Assembly: GCF_006345805.1 (NCBI RefSeq)
Contig: NC_043015.1
Span: 35,712,001-35,776,000, forward strand
Direction of reading: 5' to 3'
Length of the DNA: 64,000 nt
From: Octopus sinensis
Taxonomy: Eukaryota
Made by a program: the position numbers and the translations under genes. Under the pieces are notes generated by a model, which worked only from the letters and a program-made list of their open reading frames with translations, was not told the DNA's origin and ran no database searches. The first letter of the stretch is position 1. The number at the start of each line of letters is the position of its first letter. This document shows, piece by piece, positions 41,500 through 56,799 of the stretch.

Positions 41500-41760
41500 T
41501 AATGCTTCTATAAAAACATTCTAATGGTATTATAATGAAAGGCTAATAAGAAGACCACACCCGGACCCTCGCCAATCGCAGCCGTGTGCCAACATTAGAA
41601 ATCAATAATATACTGTTATCTAAGTTACAGAAGGTTATGGAAGTCAATGTCTGAATTAGATATAGAAACAGACAAAGGTTCTAAATGGATATTAAACTCG
41701 GAGGCGATTTCATGGTTTTCTAAACGATATTAGCAAAGTATTCGTCAGCCAATTTCTTTC
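41500..41760 (+). mobile_element. Possible ancient LINE RT relic
   Basis: Motif-like remnants in RT order: GPDN.SIK, RPI-like, and FLNDISKVF (cf. FLDISKAFD). Very degenerate. Confidence 0.3.
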
Positions 41761-42619
41761 ATAGAAACAACAGCCTTGGAGACTCGTAATGGATCTGTGT
41801 CGGGAAATAATGTATGGAAACAGTTCATACTGTAGTGTCAGTTAATAAAGTAAAAAGTAGTTTCCTAGTAAACTCGCAATTGAGTCTATTACTGTCAATC
41901 AGTAAGTGTAATGTAGAATATATTCATAAAATAAAAGAGTTGAATATGAAGAAAGTGTAGGAGAATGTCTGCTACGCAATTAGGTAAAGTATAAACATAG
42001 AACGAAGTAGATAAGTTAAATAAGATAACAGCTGAATTACTGAATGTCTTTCTCAAAAACCCTCAATGATTCACAATTTGATTTTCGCTTGAGAAGAAAA
42101 TATAAACTTCGTTGCCACTGTTATTGAATGAATAAAAGAGGTGTACATTTGAAGAACATAATTGATTTTTTGGGACAGAATTATTTATTTTCCCTGTTTA
42201 AGTGAAAATTTAACTGTAATTCTTATAAGGCTTCTACAAGAATCCTTCATCTAGAGTGGAATAATTTGGTTTTCTGTTTGTAAAAGACTTGCCAATGATA
42301 AAGAGTTCCAGCCAGAAGTACCAAACTTTACTTCTTTCTTACAGAGAAACAACTTATTTCCTTTTGTAACTTCTTAATTTTACTTTAGTTTCGGCAAAAT
42401 GCAATGATATCGCTGCTATTGGTATATTCAAACCCAGGTTAAATGGGTCGGTGTTAAAAGAAAACGTTATTGCTGTGGCTATTCCAACATTTTAAAACTG
42501 GAATATATTCAAGGATATATAAATACGATTTCCACCCCTCTCTCTCTCTTTCTCTCTCTATCTATTTATCATTCTTTCTCTCAAGATAGATTTGAGTGGC
42601 ATTAATTTGTAATTTCTAC

Positions 42620-43620
42620 CCCGTAACGCCTTACTAGATACTGGATGGCTTCCGTGTTGAAGCTATTAGGAGCTTGTTCACAGGTCCTTTTCAATTAATT
42701 TGTCATGTGTGGTACAACACTTCGACAGTTGTAGCTCATAGTAACAGACAGGGTCAAATTTCGCAGGAAGCTCCCTCCAGTGTGCGTCAAGCCTGTTCTT
42801 GAAGGCATTGACCGATGGAGCTGCGACCACACTATTTGGCAGACTGTTCCAGGTGGCGAAAAAGCAGCTTCTAATGTTGAGCCTGCAGTGTGAACTTTCC
42901 AATTTCAGGCTGTGTCCTCTCGTATTTCTGCTTTGGAAGTTGTTGAATTGGGGGCGGTTGGTCTGTTACAGGTCATGCCTATACTTATAATGTTGACCAT
43001 ATCCCCACCCCCTGAGACGGCGATGTTTGAGACTAGGCAGGTTTAGTGCAGCCAAGCGCTCTGGGTATGGCTTTTCTTTCAAAGATGTAATGAGTCTGGT
43101 GGCACACCTCTCAACATCCTCCAAGTCGCAAAACATTGCCTCTTGCCGGGGTTGCCAAACTGTGTATCCATATTCAAGAATCGGACGAACTAGAGTCTTG
43201 TACAGCTGGACGAAGACAACAGGGGTGAAGAAGTCAAATGATCGTCGGATGAGTCCAAGGATTCGATTTGCTTTTGCAGTTGCTTGGTTTATGTGGTTCC
43301 TGAAGGCCAGCCCCTTGTCGATCAAGACACCTTACTTTCTGCTGGCTCCACCACAGCCGTTACTCCTGTGCACCCTGGCCTCTATTGTAGTATTTCATGT
43401 CCGTCTTTAGGTTTCCCACTCTCAATACGGAACACTTTTCAGGATGGAACCGCATTTTCCAGTTCGTCGACAACTCGTGAAGGCGATTCAGATCGTCTTG
43501 CAGCGTTGCCATGGTCACATCAACGTCATTCCTTGCGAAGATCTTTGTGTCGTGAGCAAATAACCTGACGTTGCTCTGGACATGCCCAGGCAGATCGTTT
43601 ATATACATGAGGAACAGCAC
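42620..43620 (-). mobile_element. 5'-truncated CR1-group LINE (RT C-terminus and 3' UTR)
   Basis: LFLMYINDLP...VRLFAHDTKIF...LQDDLNRL...WKMRFHPEKC / LIDKGLAFRNHI...AKANRILGLIRRSF...LYKTLVRPILEYG / RRLRG / WNSLPNSVVAAPSVNAFKNRLDAHW. Confidence 0.92.
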
Positions 43621-44605
43621 CTGTTTTTGTTTTATTTAAGATTCCCACAAGTGAGCTCTAAACAAAGAACTTTATGACCGAAGAGCTTCAGCCACGGTTT
43701 ATGCTGTGTCTATATCTAGGAGTACGTTTTCGTTACACTGCACTTCATGTAATTTGGTTGCTCTTAGTGATGTGATTTAAGCGTGATCTGGGCTATAGAT
43801 TATTTTACACCAGTGGGGGGGGGGGCTATCTCTTTTGTTTTAGGAAATGCAAATTTCAACTTTGAGAGTTTCATGACGTAACTGACATAGCGAAACATTG
43901 TGATCTTAATGATCCTCACATACTAATTGAATAACTTATTCGTTAATAACTTAATTATAAAGAGTGAATAACCAGGTGTTTAAGTAAGGAGAATTTCTGT
44001 TTGATACTTACCGATGTTTTTTTTTTCTTTCAGAAATAACCTTAATAGAGTTAATCGTGCTAATTATGAAAAACCAGATGTTAGCTAACGTTATTATTCT
44101 TTGACTGAGAAGGCTAAGAGGACAGCTACTGGTGTTCGTGTTTATTAGACTTCATTTGCGTAATTTAAATCTTCGTCTTTGTCAGTAATGCCGTAACAGA
44201 CTTGTAGTAGTTGATGTTTACAAAACATGGAGAGATGCGATGGGAAACGATACTAATTGATAATCATCAGTTATAAATATTTTATCTTTTCGTTTACATT
44301 GTTTCAGTCACTCGATTAGGGCCATACTGGACTTTAGTAAGACAAATCGACCCGAAGACTAATTTTTAAGTCTCGAGCTAATTCTATCGGACCATTCTGA
44401 CGAACAGCTAAGTTACAACAGCATAAAAAAAAAACTCAACTCCATATGTCAAGTGGTGGTCGTGGGGACAAACATAAAGAGACAATTATATTAGGAATTG
44501 GGAAGATTGTTCGAGAAGCAACCGTATAAAACATAGCTCCTCATTAGACGGACCACATTATCAAAAAGGAACGACGAACCACAGGTTGTCCGTGACTGAT
44601 ACATA

Positions 44606-45705
44606 ACATATGTATGTATGTGTGTATGTATGTATGTATGTATGTATGTATGTATGTATGTGTGTAAGTATGTGTGTATGTGTGTGTATGTATGTGTGTA
44701 TGTGTGTGTATGTATGTGTGTGTATGTATGTATGTGTGTATGTGTGCATGTTTGTATGTATATATGTGTGTATGTATGTGCGTATGTATGTGTGTATGTG
44801 TGGGTATGTATGTGTGTATGTGTGTGTATTTATGTATGTATATATGTGTGTGTATGTATGTATGTGTGTATGTTTGTATGTATGTATATATGTGTGTATG
44901 TATGTGCGTATGTATATGTGCAGGTTTGTATGCTTTAGTTTTTAGTATGTATTCTCCTGCATATGGTTACATTCTAGACATGTTCCTATATGCTCAGATG
45001 ATAAAGTTCTGCAAAGTTTTAGATGTTTACAGTTCTAGCGTTGGTTTGGATCTGTAGTCTTCGAATCAGCTTTCTCCTTTCTGGTTTTGAGAATCTCTAA
45101 TCTCTCAAGATTGATGCTTAGTCAGTTTGTATGTATGCAAGTATGTATGTATGTATGTATGTATGTATGTATGTATGTATGTATGCATGTATGTATGTAT
45201 GTATGTATGTATGTATGTATGTATGTATGTATGTATGTATGTATGTATGTATGTATGTATGTATGTATGCAACTATGTATGTATGTATGTACGTACGTAT
45301 GTATGTATGTACGTATGTATGTATGTACGTGTGTATGTATGTACGTATGTATGTATGTATGTACGTATGTGTGTATGTATGTATGTATGTATATACGTAT
45401 GTATGTATGCAACTATGTATGTATGTATGTACGTACGTATGTATGTATGTACGTATGTATGTATGTACGTGTGTATGTATGTACGTATGTATGTATGTAT
45501 GTATGTACGTATGTGTGTATGTATGTATGTATGTATGTACGTATGTATGTATGTATGCATGTATGTTTGTATGTATGTACATATGTACGTATGTATCTTT
45601 GTATGTATGTACGTACGTCGGTATGTATGTATGTATGTATGTATGTATGTATGTATGTATGTATGTTTGTATGTATGTATTTATGCAAGTATGTATGTAT
45701 ACCAT
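44606..45705. repeat. Compound (TATG)n/(TG)n microsatellite blocks (44606-44920, 45127-45705)
   Basis: Direct inspection. The second block has a 140-bp higher-order duplication. Confidence 0.95.
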
Positions 45706-48290
45706 GAGCTTCCACTCACTTTCTGTCTATTAAATTACTTCATAAGGCATTGGTTGGGTCGCTGCTATAGTAGAATACATTTCTCAAAGTGCCGAGCAGT
45801 GGGACTGAACCAGAAGCCATCTGGTTGCAAACCGTGCTTCGTAACCACATAGCCATGCCTCCTAGGTAAATTTAAAAGTAGCAAATACAAAAATTCTTTG
45901 TGACTTGACAACATTACGCTTTAGCGTAGCAACTGAGGATTTGGGTTCCTCTTTTATTCGCAGCTGAACCAAAGGTCAGAAGTACATTTACTTTTCTTTA
46001 GACTGATTATGTGCAAAAACCGGGAACTCCAGACTCTTTATCATCACAGCTAATGAACTTATCAACGAATCATGAATACTATCTAATGCATCATAATTTC
46101 ATTTAACTAGACACAAATCCCTTAGCATTTTTCGCGACAAAACGGAAGAATTGGATATTCCGAAGAATATTCCTTTATTTTTCTCGCGCATTTATAAGAA
46201 TAAGTCATGTTTGGTATTTCATGATTGCACGCCGAAACGCATCCTTAACTTAAGTATCTGACCCTTTCGTCCTGTAATAACTGATACAGTATCAACTTCC
46301 CGGAATCTTTCGTTCCAGAGTCCATTAGGATTAGAGTTTTTTCTGAGTCGGGCGTGGTGGTCAACGTTGTCAACAAATTCTTTATAATAACCATTACCAT
46401 CTTTAATGAAACAATTACATGAAACACTGATTACGCGTGCATTAGTTTAAATTAGTGCACATTAGAAGATTTTCTGGACCACAGAATCGATATTCATGTA
46501 TTTATTTCATTTGTTTCCTCCCGAGATTACAGCTAAAAAAAAAAGAAAAAGATGCTTTAGGGGATGGGGAATAAGATGTTGTGAAATATATGCGATTCAT
46601 GAGAATGTTTGCCACTTATTTGAAACGAAATGTATTTTATCCGAGATTTGAAAGGGCCCGTCTATGCGTTTCCCTGCAAATCTCCTCCTGCAGTAGTAGA
46701 CACCACCATCTTTACCTAAACGATATTATTCAATGCAATAATCACATTATAATATATTATTTCTGACAGTTGGCCAAATTCCCTATCGGATATTCACCGC
46801 ACTCGCCCGATAATGTCTGTCTCTACTAAATATTATTTATACATCTGCTCCCATATCGATCACATAGATATTATATCGATTATATGTTTTAGCGGACTTT
46901 CGAATTGAGTAACGAATGAATGAATGAACGAAAGTCAACATTTGTGGAATACAAATGGGTTGGTGGTGGAGGGGGAAGAAGAAGAAGAAGAAGAAGAAGA
47001 AGAAGAAGAAGAAGAAGAGAGAGAGAGGGGGAAAGAGAGATAGAACGGCGAGCGATGATTGATAGGTGACCAGTAATGGTGGTTGTGGAATGGCAGATAT
47101 GGTGATGATGTGTGTGTGCGAAAAGGTGGACAGCAGGTCAGAGGAGTGGACTTGATGACAACAGGAAATATAGAACTAGGGACCTAGGGATGGAGTGGCG
47201 ATGATATTGGTGATGAAAATGACAAAAATAAAGATGTTGATTGTGGTGTTGATTATGATCGTACCTTTAGTAGTGATGCTGGTGATGATGATGCTGGTAT
47301 TATTATTGTTGCTCGAGATGTTGATATTGGTAGTTGTTGTGGTTGAGACTGCAATGGTAATGGTGATGATGATGTGATCGATCACATCAAGGCATTGACG
47401 AAGACAATGCGTGTATATGTGTATACGTATGTATGTGTACATTCACACGCATATATGCACATACATACGTACACACATACAGATTCACGCACACATACAC
47501 CACCAGGGATATTCGTGATTCCGTTTTCCGACCAACTGCCTGGCATCTACCATAGACACAAACTCCACCACATGGAAATTGGGAGATTTTAAGAGCAGGT
47601 CACTATGTTACAAGTATTAATTGTAGGATGCTCTTCTTTTCAGAAAATCAAACAATCTTGTCACTGAGTCCCTGAAAAAGGCATGTGACTTTACATTTCA
47701 TGCTTAACTGTCCCTGTACGGATATCAATAAATTCAGATGCATATTTGCCAATAATTGGATAAATTCATAAATTAAGACACACACACACACACACGTATA
47801 TATATATATATATATATATCAATTAAATATAAGAATAAAATCTATATGAGTTTATCAAGTAGCCGGTGTGTAAAACAAATTTAAGTAAAAAATTAATACG
47901 AAGTATATAATATTTTAAGATACATTATTACATTAAAGGCTGCTACTATAAGTAAAGTCCCTGGAAAGGGACACTAAGGTCAAACTACTTCATCAAAATA
48001 TAAAGGGGCGCTGAATTCGGGGTAATGAACAAAGAAAAAAATTATTTTGAAAAGGTTCACTTGCATATCGAAAGGATTCCATGGCAGCGCTGTAAGACGC
48101 ACTCCATAGGTCAGTGCAAACATAACCAGAAATATATATAAATATAAACACTTATACATACCATACGAGTACAACGTATCCACAGAGCATATAGACATGA
48201 AAAAAATGTATATCTTGTTCATTTCAGCCACGTGTGTATAACCAAAACAATTCAGCACTGAATACATTTCGGTAACATCCCTTAATGTAG

Positions 48291-48392
<102 letters not shown>

Positions 48393-48713
48393 ACACACGC
48401 ACGCGCGCACACATACACATATACACATGCACGCATACACTTATATATATATATATAAAAACAAAGTAAAACCAAATCATAGAGAAATGTAAAAGCATTC
48501 CTGTTATTGTTAGGAGGCAGTATTCTACCGTTGCCTCAATATTACGTTTAAAACATTGAGAAAGGAATTTGTCTCCTAGATTATTAGTGGGAACAGACAA
48601 TAATTAGAAACTATATATGTTTATATAGGTATTTGTATGTATGCAGTTCTGAATACATATACACATCGACACAAACACGCACTATCACAAATATATACGA
48701 GCATATATAGTAC

Positions 48714-48777
<64 letters not shown>

Positions 48778-49654
48778 GTGTGTGTGTGTGTGTATTTATG
48801 CGTATTTATTTATATATTATTATATACATATATATATACATACATATAATACATACATATATATATATGGTGGAATATCTCTCTCCCTCACTTTCTCTTT
48901 ATTTGTCTATCTCCCCTTTCTCTCTCTGTATCACTCCATCTACCTGTATCTGTCTATCCATCTATGTATCTATCTATCTTTATATCTATTTATATATATT
49001 ATACATATAAGTGTATGTTTCTTTGTCGGTGTGTCGTTGTAAGTGTGCGTGTCTTCATACACCGAACAAACATAATCTAAACGAGCAATCTGTCCTCATA
49101 AATCATTATTTAAGGCCATTAAATAACAGCAAAAAATAGCCACAAAACAATTAAAAAAAAACGAGAAAGGAAAGACAAAAATATACATTATAACAAAAAA
49201 AAAAAACAAAGAAAAAGAAACCTAGCAGTGAAACAATAATAATTGATTTCCCGAACACGGTCTGTTGGTTTGACATTAAAACATCTAAAGAGAAATGGTG
49301 GTTATCAATTGCTCTTCACTCTGAAATTCCTTAATGGTCTAATTACAACGCACGGTAAAAGAACGCCAAAAAAAACACCCAATCAAGCAAGCAACCTAGT
49401 ACAGAACCTGAAGTCAATATCTTGCTCAAGTTAATGTCTACAGAGGAAAGTGAACGGCTTTTGTCTCTTGGGTTAGTTACACACCATTAGAAACAATTGT
49501 TACGGAACTAACCTTCTGCCTCTTACTGCCATTTTGGATGTGTTTTTTTTTTAATATTTTAATTTTGGTGTTGTTGCTTAATTCTGTTCTTCATTATTTT
49601 ATTTTTCGTTCATTTTCTTTCTTATAATTATGTACAAGCATGTCTCTTTATATA

Positions 49655-49703
<49 letters not shown>

Positions 49704-50229
49704 CATCCATGTGTATATACACATATGCATATATGTAGGTATGCATATATAAGTGCGTGTATATATATATATATATGAATATGTATATGTACGTATGAAT
49801 AAGTATGTCGATGTGTATGTTTACTTCTGCATTTAATTTTGAATATTTTTATACTTCAAAAAATTGTATGAATATGGAAAAAAGAATACTATGATTATCT
49901 GCTAATCTAGGAAAAAATTAATTAAATTACCAAATTCCTTAATTTTCAAAGGATAGCTATATATATATATGTGTGTGTGAGTATGAGTGTGTGTGTGTAC
50001 GTGTGTGTGTGTATGTACACACATATATATCAATATGCGCAAATACATACACACACACATACATACACACACACACATACATACATACATACATACATAC
50101 ATACATACATACATACATACATACATACATACATACATACATACATACGTATATACATATATAAGAGTAAGGGACTGAAATGTTCGTGCCTTTGGGTAAA
50201 AGAAAATGCAGGAGGATCAGTTAATTATG

Positions 50230-50378
50230 ATTTTATACAAAATATTGGCCTCTTCCATTTACACACGAATTGTTGTGGTCTTCCACTTCGAAGTCGTCTA
50301 AAAGACCTCGGAAATTTGGACATGCGACCAGGACTTTTGCGATACCCTTAAAGCTAGAAACTTTTCAGCACCTCCTCG
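50230..50378 (-). mobile_element. Mariner terminal fragment
   Basis: Minus strand TA-cgaggaggtgctgaaaagtttctagc (mariner-type TIR) followed by a DD.RSGRP-like remnant (gacgacttcgaagtggaagacca). Confidence 0.6.
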
Positions 50379-50420
50379 TACACACATAGACAAACACATA
50401 TATATGAATGTATGCATGCT

Positions 50421-50476
<56 letters not shown>

Positions 50477-50563
50477 TATTAGAGACAAAACCACTATTTT
50501 GCAAAACAAACAAGGAAAGACTTAATCAATACATAAAATTTTAATAAATAGTCAAAAAAACCG

Positions 50564-50606
50564 CCACTACAATCGTTTCTTGTCTTGATCGACAATCTTC
50601 AGGTGG
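50564..50606 (-). ncRNA. Minimal type-I hammerhead in a ~155 bp PLE-terminus insert (50470-50625)
   Basis: Minus strand CCAC-CTGAAGA-TTGTC gatcaa GACAA-GAAA-CGATTG-TA-GTGG. Stems I and II are perfect, with a GUA triplet. Confidence 0.85.
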
Positions 50607-50831
50607 ACTTCCAATAATTCAGTGTCAAATTATGAAGTATGTATATATATAAATATATATACATACATGCATGCATGTATATTTATATAATGGTATGTAG
50701 GTATATATGTATATATATATATATATATATACATACACATACATATATATATATACATATATATATACATACATATACATATGTGTGTGTGTATACATAA
50801 ATGCACATACATCTATATATATATGAAAGTA

Positions 50832-50904
<73 letters not shown>

Positions 50905-51534
50905 ATATACATGTATTCCTACATACCTTTATATAGATATACACGCATGCATGTATGAAGGAATTCCAGCCTAATTACGTATGCACACATGTGTTTGTGT
51001 GTTTTTCAAAAACTGTAAATTTCACGTTTGAAATAACTTGTTACCGTCTTAGTTAACATTATCTTTTTTAAGAGCAACAGAGAAAAAATAAATTATAAAG
51101 AAAAATAATTCCTTGCGTAGAAATATTTCAAAATTTCGTTTTTCTTCATTTTATTATTGTGTCACACCTGAATGATCAGATCTGCATTAATTTAGTTTTT
51201 GAAGAATAATTTTTTTTAATATATTTTATCTCGTTTAAATTTTGCTTATGATGAGGCAATTAAGTCACAAATATGTTACGACTGGTATACATGCACATAG
51301 ACACACACACTGATATATATGTATATACCTATTACCTATAACTACATATGCATATATATGTATGTATCTATATAATGTATGTATATATATATATAATGTA
51401 CATATATATATATATATATATATGAATATGTATATATATATATATACATCATATATATATGCATACATTATATATATATATATATATATGAATATATATA
51501 TATGCATGTATTATTTGTGTGTCTGTATAATATC

Positions 51535-51608
<74 letters not shown>

Positions 51609-52260
51609 GCATACATATGTGCGATTCGCACGCACACATAGATACACACACAGAGACACACTCACACACTGATATGCATGCATAGATGAATATGTTTCAT
51701 AGATGATCAGCCACGGGCATGCTGATTCGTGGCAGTTTGGGCGTAGTTTTGCGTGAAAGATAAATCTACTTGAGTGTGCATCGCTGTATTAAACAGTGTC
51801 AATGGTTTCAGGTCGAATGATCAAAGATATGTATCAATTTGTGCTTAGATAAAGTGATCTGCTTTCTGAGAATTTCTCTATCGATTTCTAATATACTTAG
51901 CGAAACTAAATTTGCGAATTCGAACAGATTTTCGCTTACTTTGGAAATGTATTAAAGTTATTCTTTCAATGTTGCCACAGGAATACAGAAAACTGAACGT
52001 GTGTGGACAAATATATGCATAGAAAATTTACATGCCCACCCAGGCAGACAAAGAAGCATAAACATACACACACACACACATTGTTATTCAGGTAGGATAT
52101 TTTAAGGTAGGATATTTTCAGGTTTTGAATATCAACTTTACGCTAAGATGAGGGAGCATAATCCTACATTCGCCAATGATACAGAGATTATAAAGAGAAA
52201 ATCCCTAGATCCCATTCACTTATATTCAGTTTCACAATCTCACACATATATGTCTGTGTT

Positions 52261-52296
<36 letters not shown>

Positions 52297-52578
52297 ATAT
52301 ATATATAATATATATATATATATATACATACATATATATTTAAGCCTGTTGGCAAAAAATTTCTTTGAAAACATATTTTGTTTATGGAGATTAGTTATCA
52401 GAACGGGCACGAATGTTTGTGGCTGGTTCGTTTAACCGTTTTTAGTACTTTCTACTTCTGAAAACCCACTTATCGCTATAGAGACTTCATTCTCTTTAAT
52501 ATAGGAGTCCAAGGAAAACAGAGACTACGCATAAAATATTAACCTTTTTAATCGGTGTGCAGTCACACTAATTCTCCC

Positions 52579-53500
52579 TTTTTTTTTTTTTTGACGTTTC
52601 AGCCGTTTCTTCGTGTCCATATTTACAATTTAGGCTGTGCTATAATGTATTAAATAAACAGTGGCTTCTTCTGGGCATTTTAACTGCTTTTTATTTTTCC
52701 ATTTTTCTCGAATGGAAGATTGTTCCAACTGAATAAGAAAAGTTTGTTCCTGTATTCAAGTGCATGGTGGATACTATTCTAAAATTAGCTCAAAACTGAC
52801 TTTTTGACCTTACTGACCAAGAGAGGAATTTGTTGCCAAAATATAGGTCATGTTACTATTCTTCGCACTTTTTGGAGTTTTTTATGCACACATTAATCGT
52901 TGTTTTTTTCTTTATACTGTTCGTGGATTAGGTCCTTCGTGTGTTTTTCTGTATTGTTATTATTCTTAATTTAGTATATTAATATTGGTAGGCACTTGAT
53001 TGTATTTATTTTCATACTATCGTTATTTACTTCAACCATTATGATTTATACTCGTGTTGCTAGTATTAATAGATATTATTTGTAACTATTAATATGTTAA
53101 TATGGATAGGTGGGTTTGTTATATTTCATCGTATATTTAATTCATAGTATCGATATTCAGTTTAGTGGCAACATATCTGTTATTCCCGTAATATTTTTTT
53201 ATCATTTTAGTACATTGACTTAAGTTTTCATTTCTAATATACCTCCAACACATCTTGTTATTCTTCAGCTCTTGTGTATCTATCATGCATATGTTTATTT
53301 TGATGGACAGGACTCATAACCCCTTCTTGTCTATTGCTAATTTATGTTTTGATGTGAGAGTCTGGTATATTTTCTTTTAGTGTCGTACACTGTGCAGCCA
53401 CCTAGTATATTCTGTTACTATTATTTGTACTATCCCACCACGCCTGCCTTTATATGTTTTGCTCGTATTAGTGTTATTGATATTAAAATTAATTAATACT
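52579..53500 (-). mobile_element. Possible very old PLE 3' region ending in a hammerhead-like motif and A14
   Basis: Weak VY...Y..SH and SNMTYIL remnants. Ends cagaagaAGCC...GGCTgaaacgtc followed by 14 A on the minus strand. Confidence 0.3.
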
Positions 53501-53694
53501 TTAAAAAAAATTAATTATCTAAATATGGGTATACTTAAGAGTGGACTCAAAACGCTAGTCAGCTGAAGCGCGCACCCGTGTCAGTCAGTAGACGGACGCA
53601 CGCACAGGCGCAAGTCAGTGGCACCCGCGATAAAAAACCCTCCACATGTATAAAGATGTGTAAACTGTAAATCGGGAGGAGGGGCAGAATTTTC

Positions 53695-53787
<93 letters not shown>

Positions 53788-55183
53788 GCTAGCTATTAAA
53801 ACAAACAACCAACTGAATGAGTAAAAAAAAAATTTTTTTTAATTCTTACTCAAAAGTTGTCATAAAGTAAACTGAAAATAATGAAATAAAATGGTCTTCA
53901 AAAGTGAGACATTCTGAAAGATGTTTTAGAATGTTCTGAAAACATTCATCCCCAATTTTCTCATATTTTCCCCTCCAAAAAAAAAGAAACTCAGTTGATT
54001 GTTACTGGAAAAATGCAAAACGCAGATTCACGTGTATGATGGGAGTGCACAAAATTCCCTCCCATTTACTGTTTCTTCAAGGAAATACCATTCTTAAACA
54101 GATCCTTGAGAAGCATCTCGCTGAAACGTCACGAAACCAAAACAGAACTCATATGATTGCAGAATGATTAAAAAAGTGAATATTCTATTTGTATTCCCCA
54201 CTGAAACACAAACCCTATGACCTGAAGGAGACCCTCAAACATACACACCATCATACGAGTTTCGAAATACAAGAATAAATTCTTAACCATAATGTACCTG
54301 CAAATTAGATCAATTAAAGCTTCTCCGAACAACCTCTCTACCACACCCGATGCCTACAACTAATTACCTCTCCATTAAACCCACATAACCAAGGAAGATT
54401 TTAACTCAATAACGACTACATAAAGCCAAAGTAAACTTCATTGCTTTGCAGTTCGGCGATAACTTAACTGGCCGAAAATTCGAAGTCACTAACAATGACA
54501 TTCTTGTTTAAGAATGATAATTATATACATATATGTATATTTCTATATATACATATATATTCATACATACACAGATGTAGATATTTACACGGGTAGACAT
54601 ATTCATATAAAGAGACAAAAGCGAGGTGTTGGGCTCCATATTTAAAGCAAATGAAAAAAAAAATGCAAAGTGTGGTCACTATTAAGTTATGACTTCGTCC
54701 TAATTTTTAATATTTTTTTTCACATTTTTCGCTGTCATTATGTTTTCAAATACTCTGTTACCATTACCATTTCCAATGTTCTTGAAATAAAGAGAAATAA
54801 GCTTCTCAATAATTTTCTAGCTTTCTATAAAGGTAGCAACCATTTTTTTTTTAATTTATTAGCTTGGAGTTCTGTGTTTAAGTTTTCAAGAAAAAATATA
54901 TTTTTGAAGAAAAATAAAACGAATTGAAAAGTAAAAATACTTTCATTAATAGGTTATTCATTTCCATACACTAACTTATTTGTACTCACATACAAATGTA
55001 CGCACATGCACTTACACAGGACCACATATATACATACATACATACATACATATATATATACATACATATATATATATGTACATACATACATACATACATA
55101 TATATACATACATACATACATACATATATACATACATACATACATACATACATACATAACATACATACATACATACATACATA

Positions 55184-55235
<52 letters not shown>

Positions 55236-55636
55236 TCTATATATATAATATATATATATATATATACTTGTATATAAGCATAGGTATAATGTATATAAAA
55301 TACATATAAACACACACAAACACTAAAGCGCACACACACACACACACACAGATGTTTGAATGGAATATTGTTTCACTCTCATTCTATCTAGCTCTCTCTC
55401 TCTCTCTCTCTCTCCCTCGCCACTTCTCACTCTGCCTATCTAAATAAGTAACCATTCATATATATATGTATATAAATATCCGCTATATAATGAATATGCG
55501 AACATCCAAAATTCTATATTTTTACGTAAATGAACCATTTTCGAGAGCGCGCGCGCACAAACACAAACACACACACATTGGCACACACGCAACAACAAAC
55601 ACTAACATCTACTCACACACCCACACTCATACGAAA

Positions 55637-55667
<31 letters not shown>

Positions 55668-56628
55668 GAAGTATGCATGTAAGTATGCACTTTTCTTTTC
55701 ATGACAATCGTTTTAGAAGTTTGGGGCATTTTAAATTTTATGCGTCACAATTTAAATTTCTAATTATTTCTATTTTTATTCATATATATAAAAAAGTATT
55801 AATATTAAATTTATCCATGATACACCATAATATGCCTCTCTCACCTAATATTCATTTTCATCGATTTTAAATGCGCTAACAAACTGTCTCTGTTGTCGAT
55901 ACTCTGCTTCTTCTCCTTCTTCTTCACCTTTTTCTTCTATTTCTCATTTTTTCTTTCCACTTTTTCAACTTCTTCATCATTTGTGCTTATTCATTTTCGT
56001 TTCGTTCTTTTTCTCTCACCTTTTCGTTCTTCTCTGCCGCCATCGCCGTCTGTTAATTCTTCTCTTTTATATCCATTCATTCTTTATGTATTTCGTTTTC
56101 TTTCTCTCTTTCTCTCTGCCTTGCTGTTTCCTCCTCTTTCTTCTTCTTCTTGATCATCATCATCATCATTATCACCATCTTCTTCTCCTTCTTCATCGAC
56201 TTCTTCTTCTTCTTCTACTTCCACTTCTCCTTCTTCTTCCTCTTTCTTCTTCTTCTTCTTCTTCTTCTTCTTCTTCTCCTTCTTCTTCTTCTTCTTCTCC
56301 TTAGTCTTCTTCTTCTTCTTCTTCTCCTCCTCCTTCTTCTTCTTCTTCTTCTTCTTCTACATATTCCTGTTCGCAATTTTGGCCTCTAAATTATAACTTA
56401 TCAGTTAACGTTATTACATTTTACACTCATAATATTGTTTATTCATTTTTTTATATCATGAAATATTCCCTGAATAAAAGAACACTTGTACATGGTTATG
56501 CACACACCTACAATCAAGCACCACAAGCGTATATAAATATGCATATATGTATGTGTGTATGTGTTATACATACACAGATACACACCTACACACATTATAT
56601 ATATATAGATATACGTGTATATATATAC

Positions 56629-56665
<37 letters not shown>

Positions 56666-56716
56666 CATAGGTATATATGTATATATCAGCACATATGTAC
56701 ATATATACACACACAT

Positions 56717-56750
<34 letters not shown>

Positions 56751-56767
56751 CATATATATACACACAC

Positions 56768-56799
<32 letters not shown>

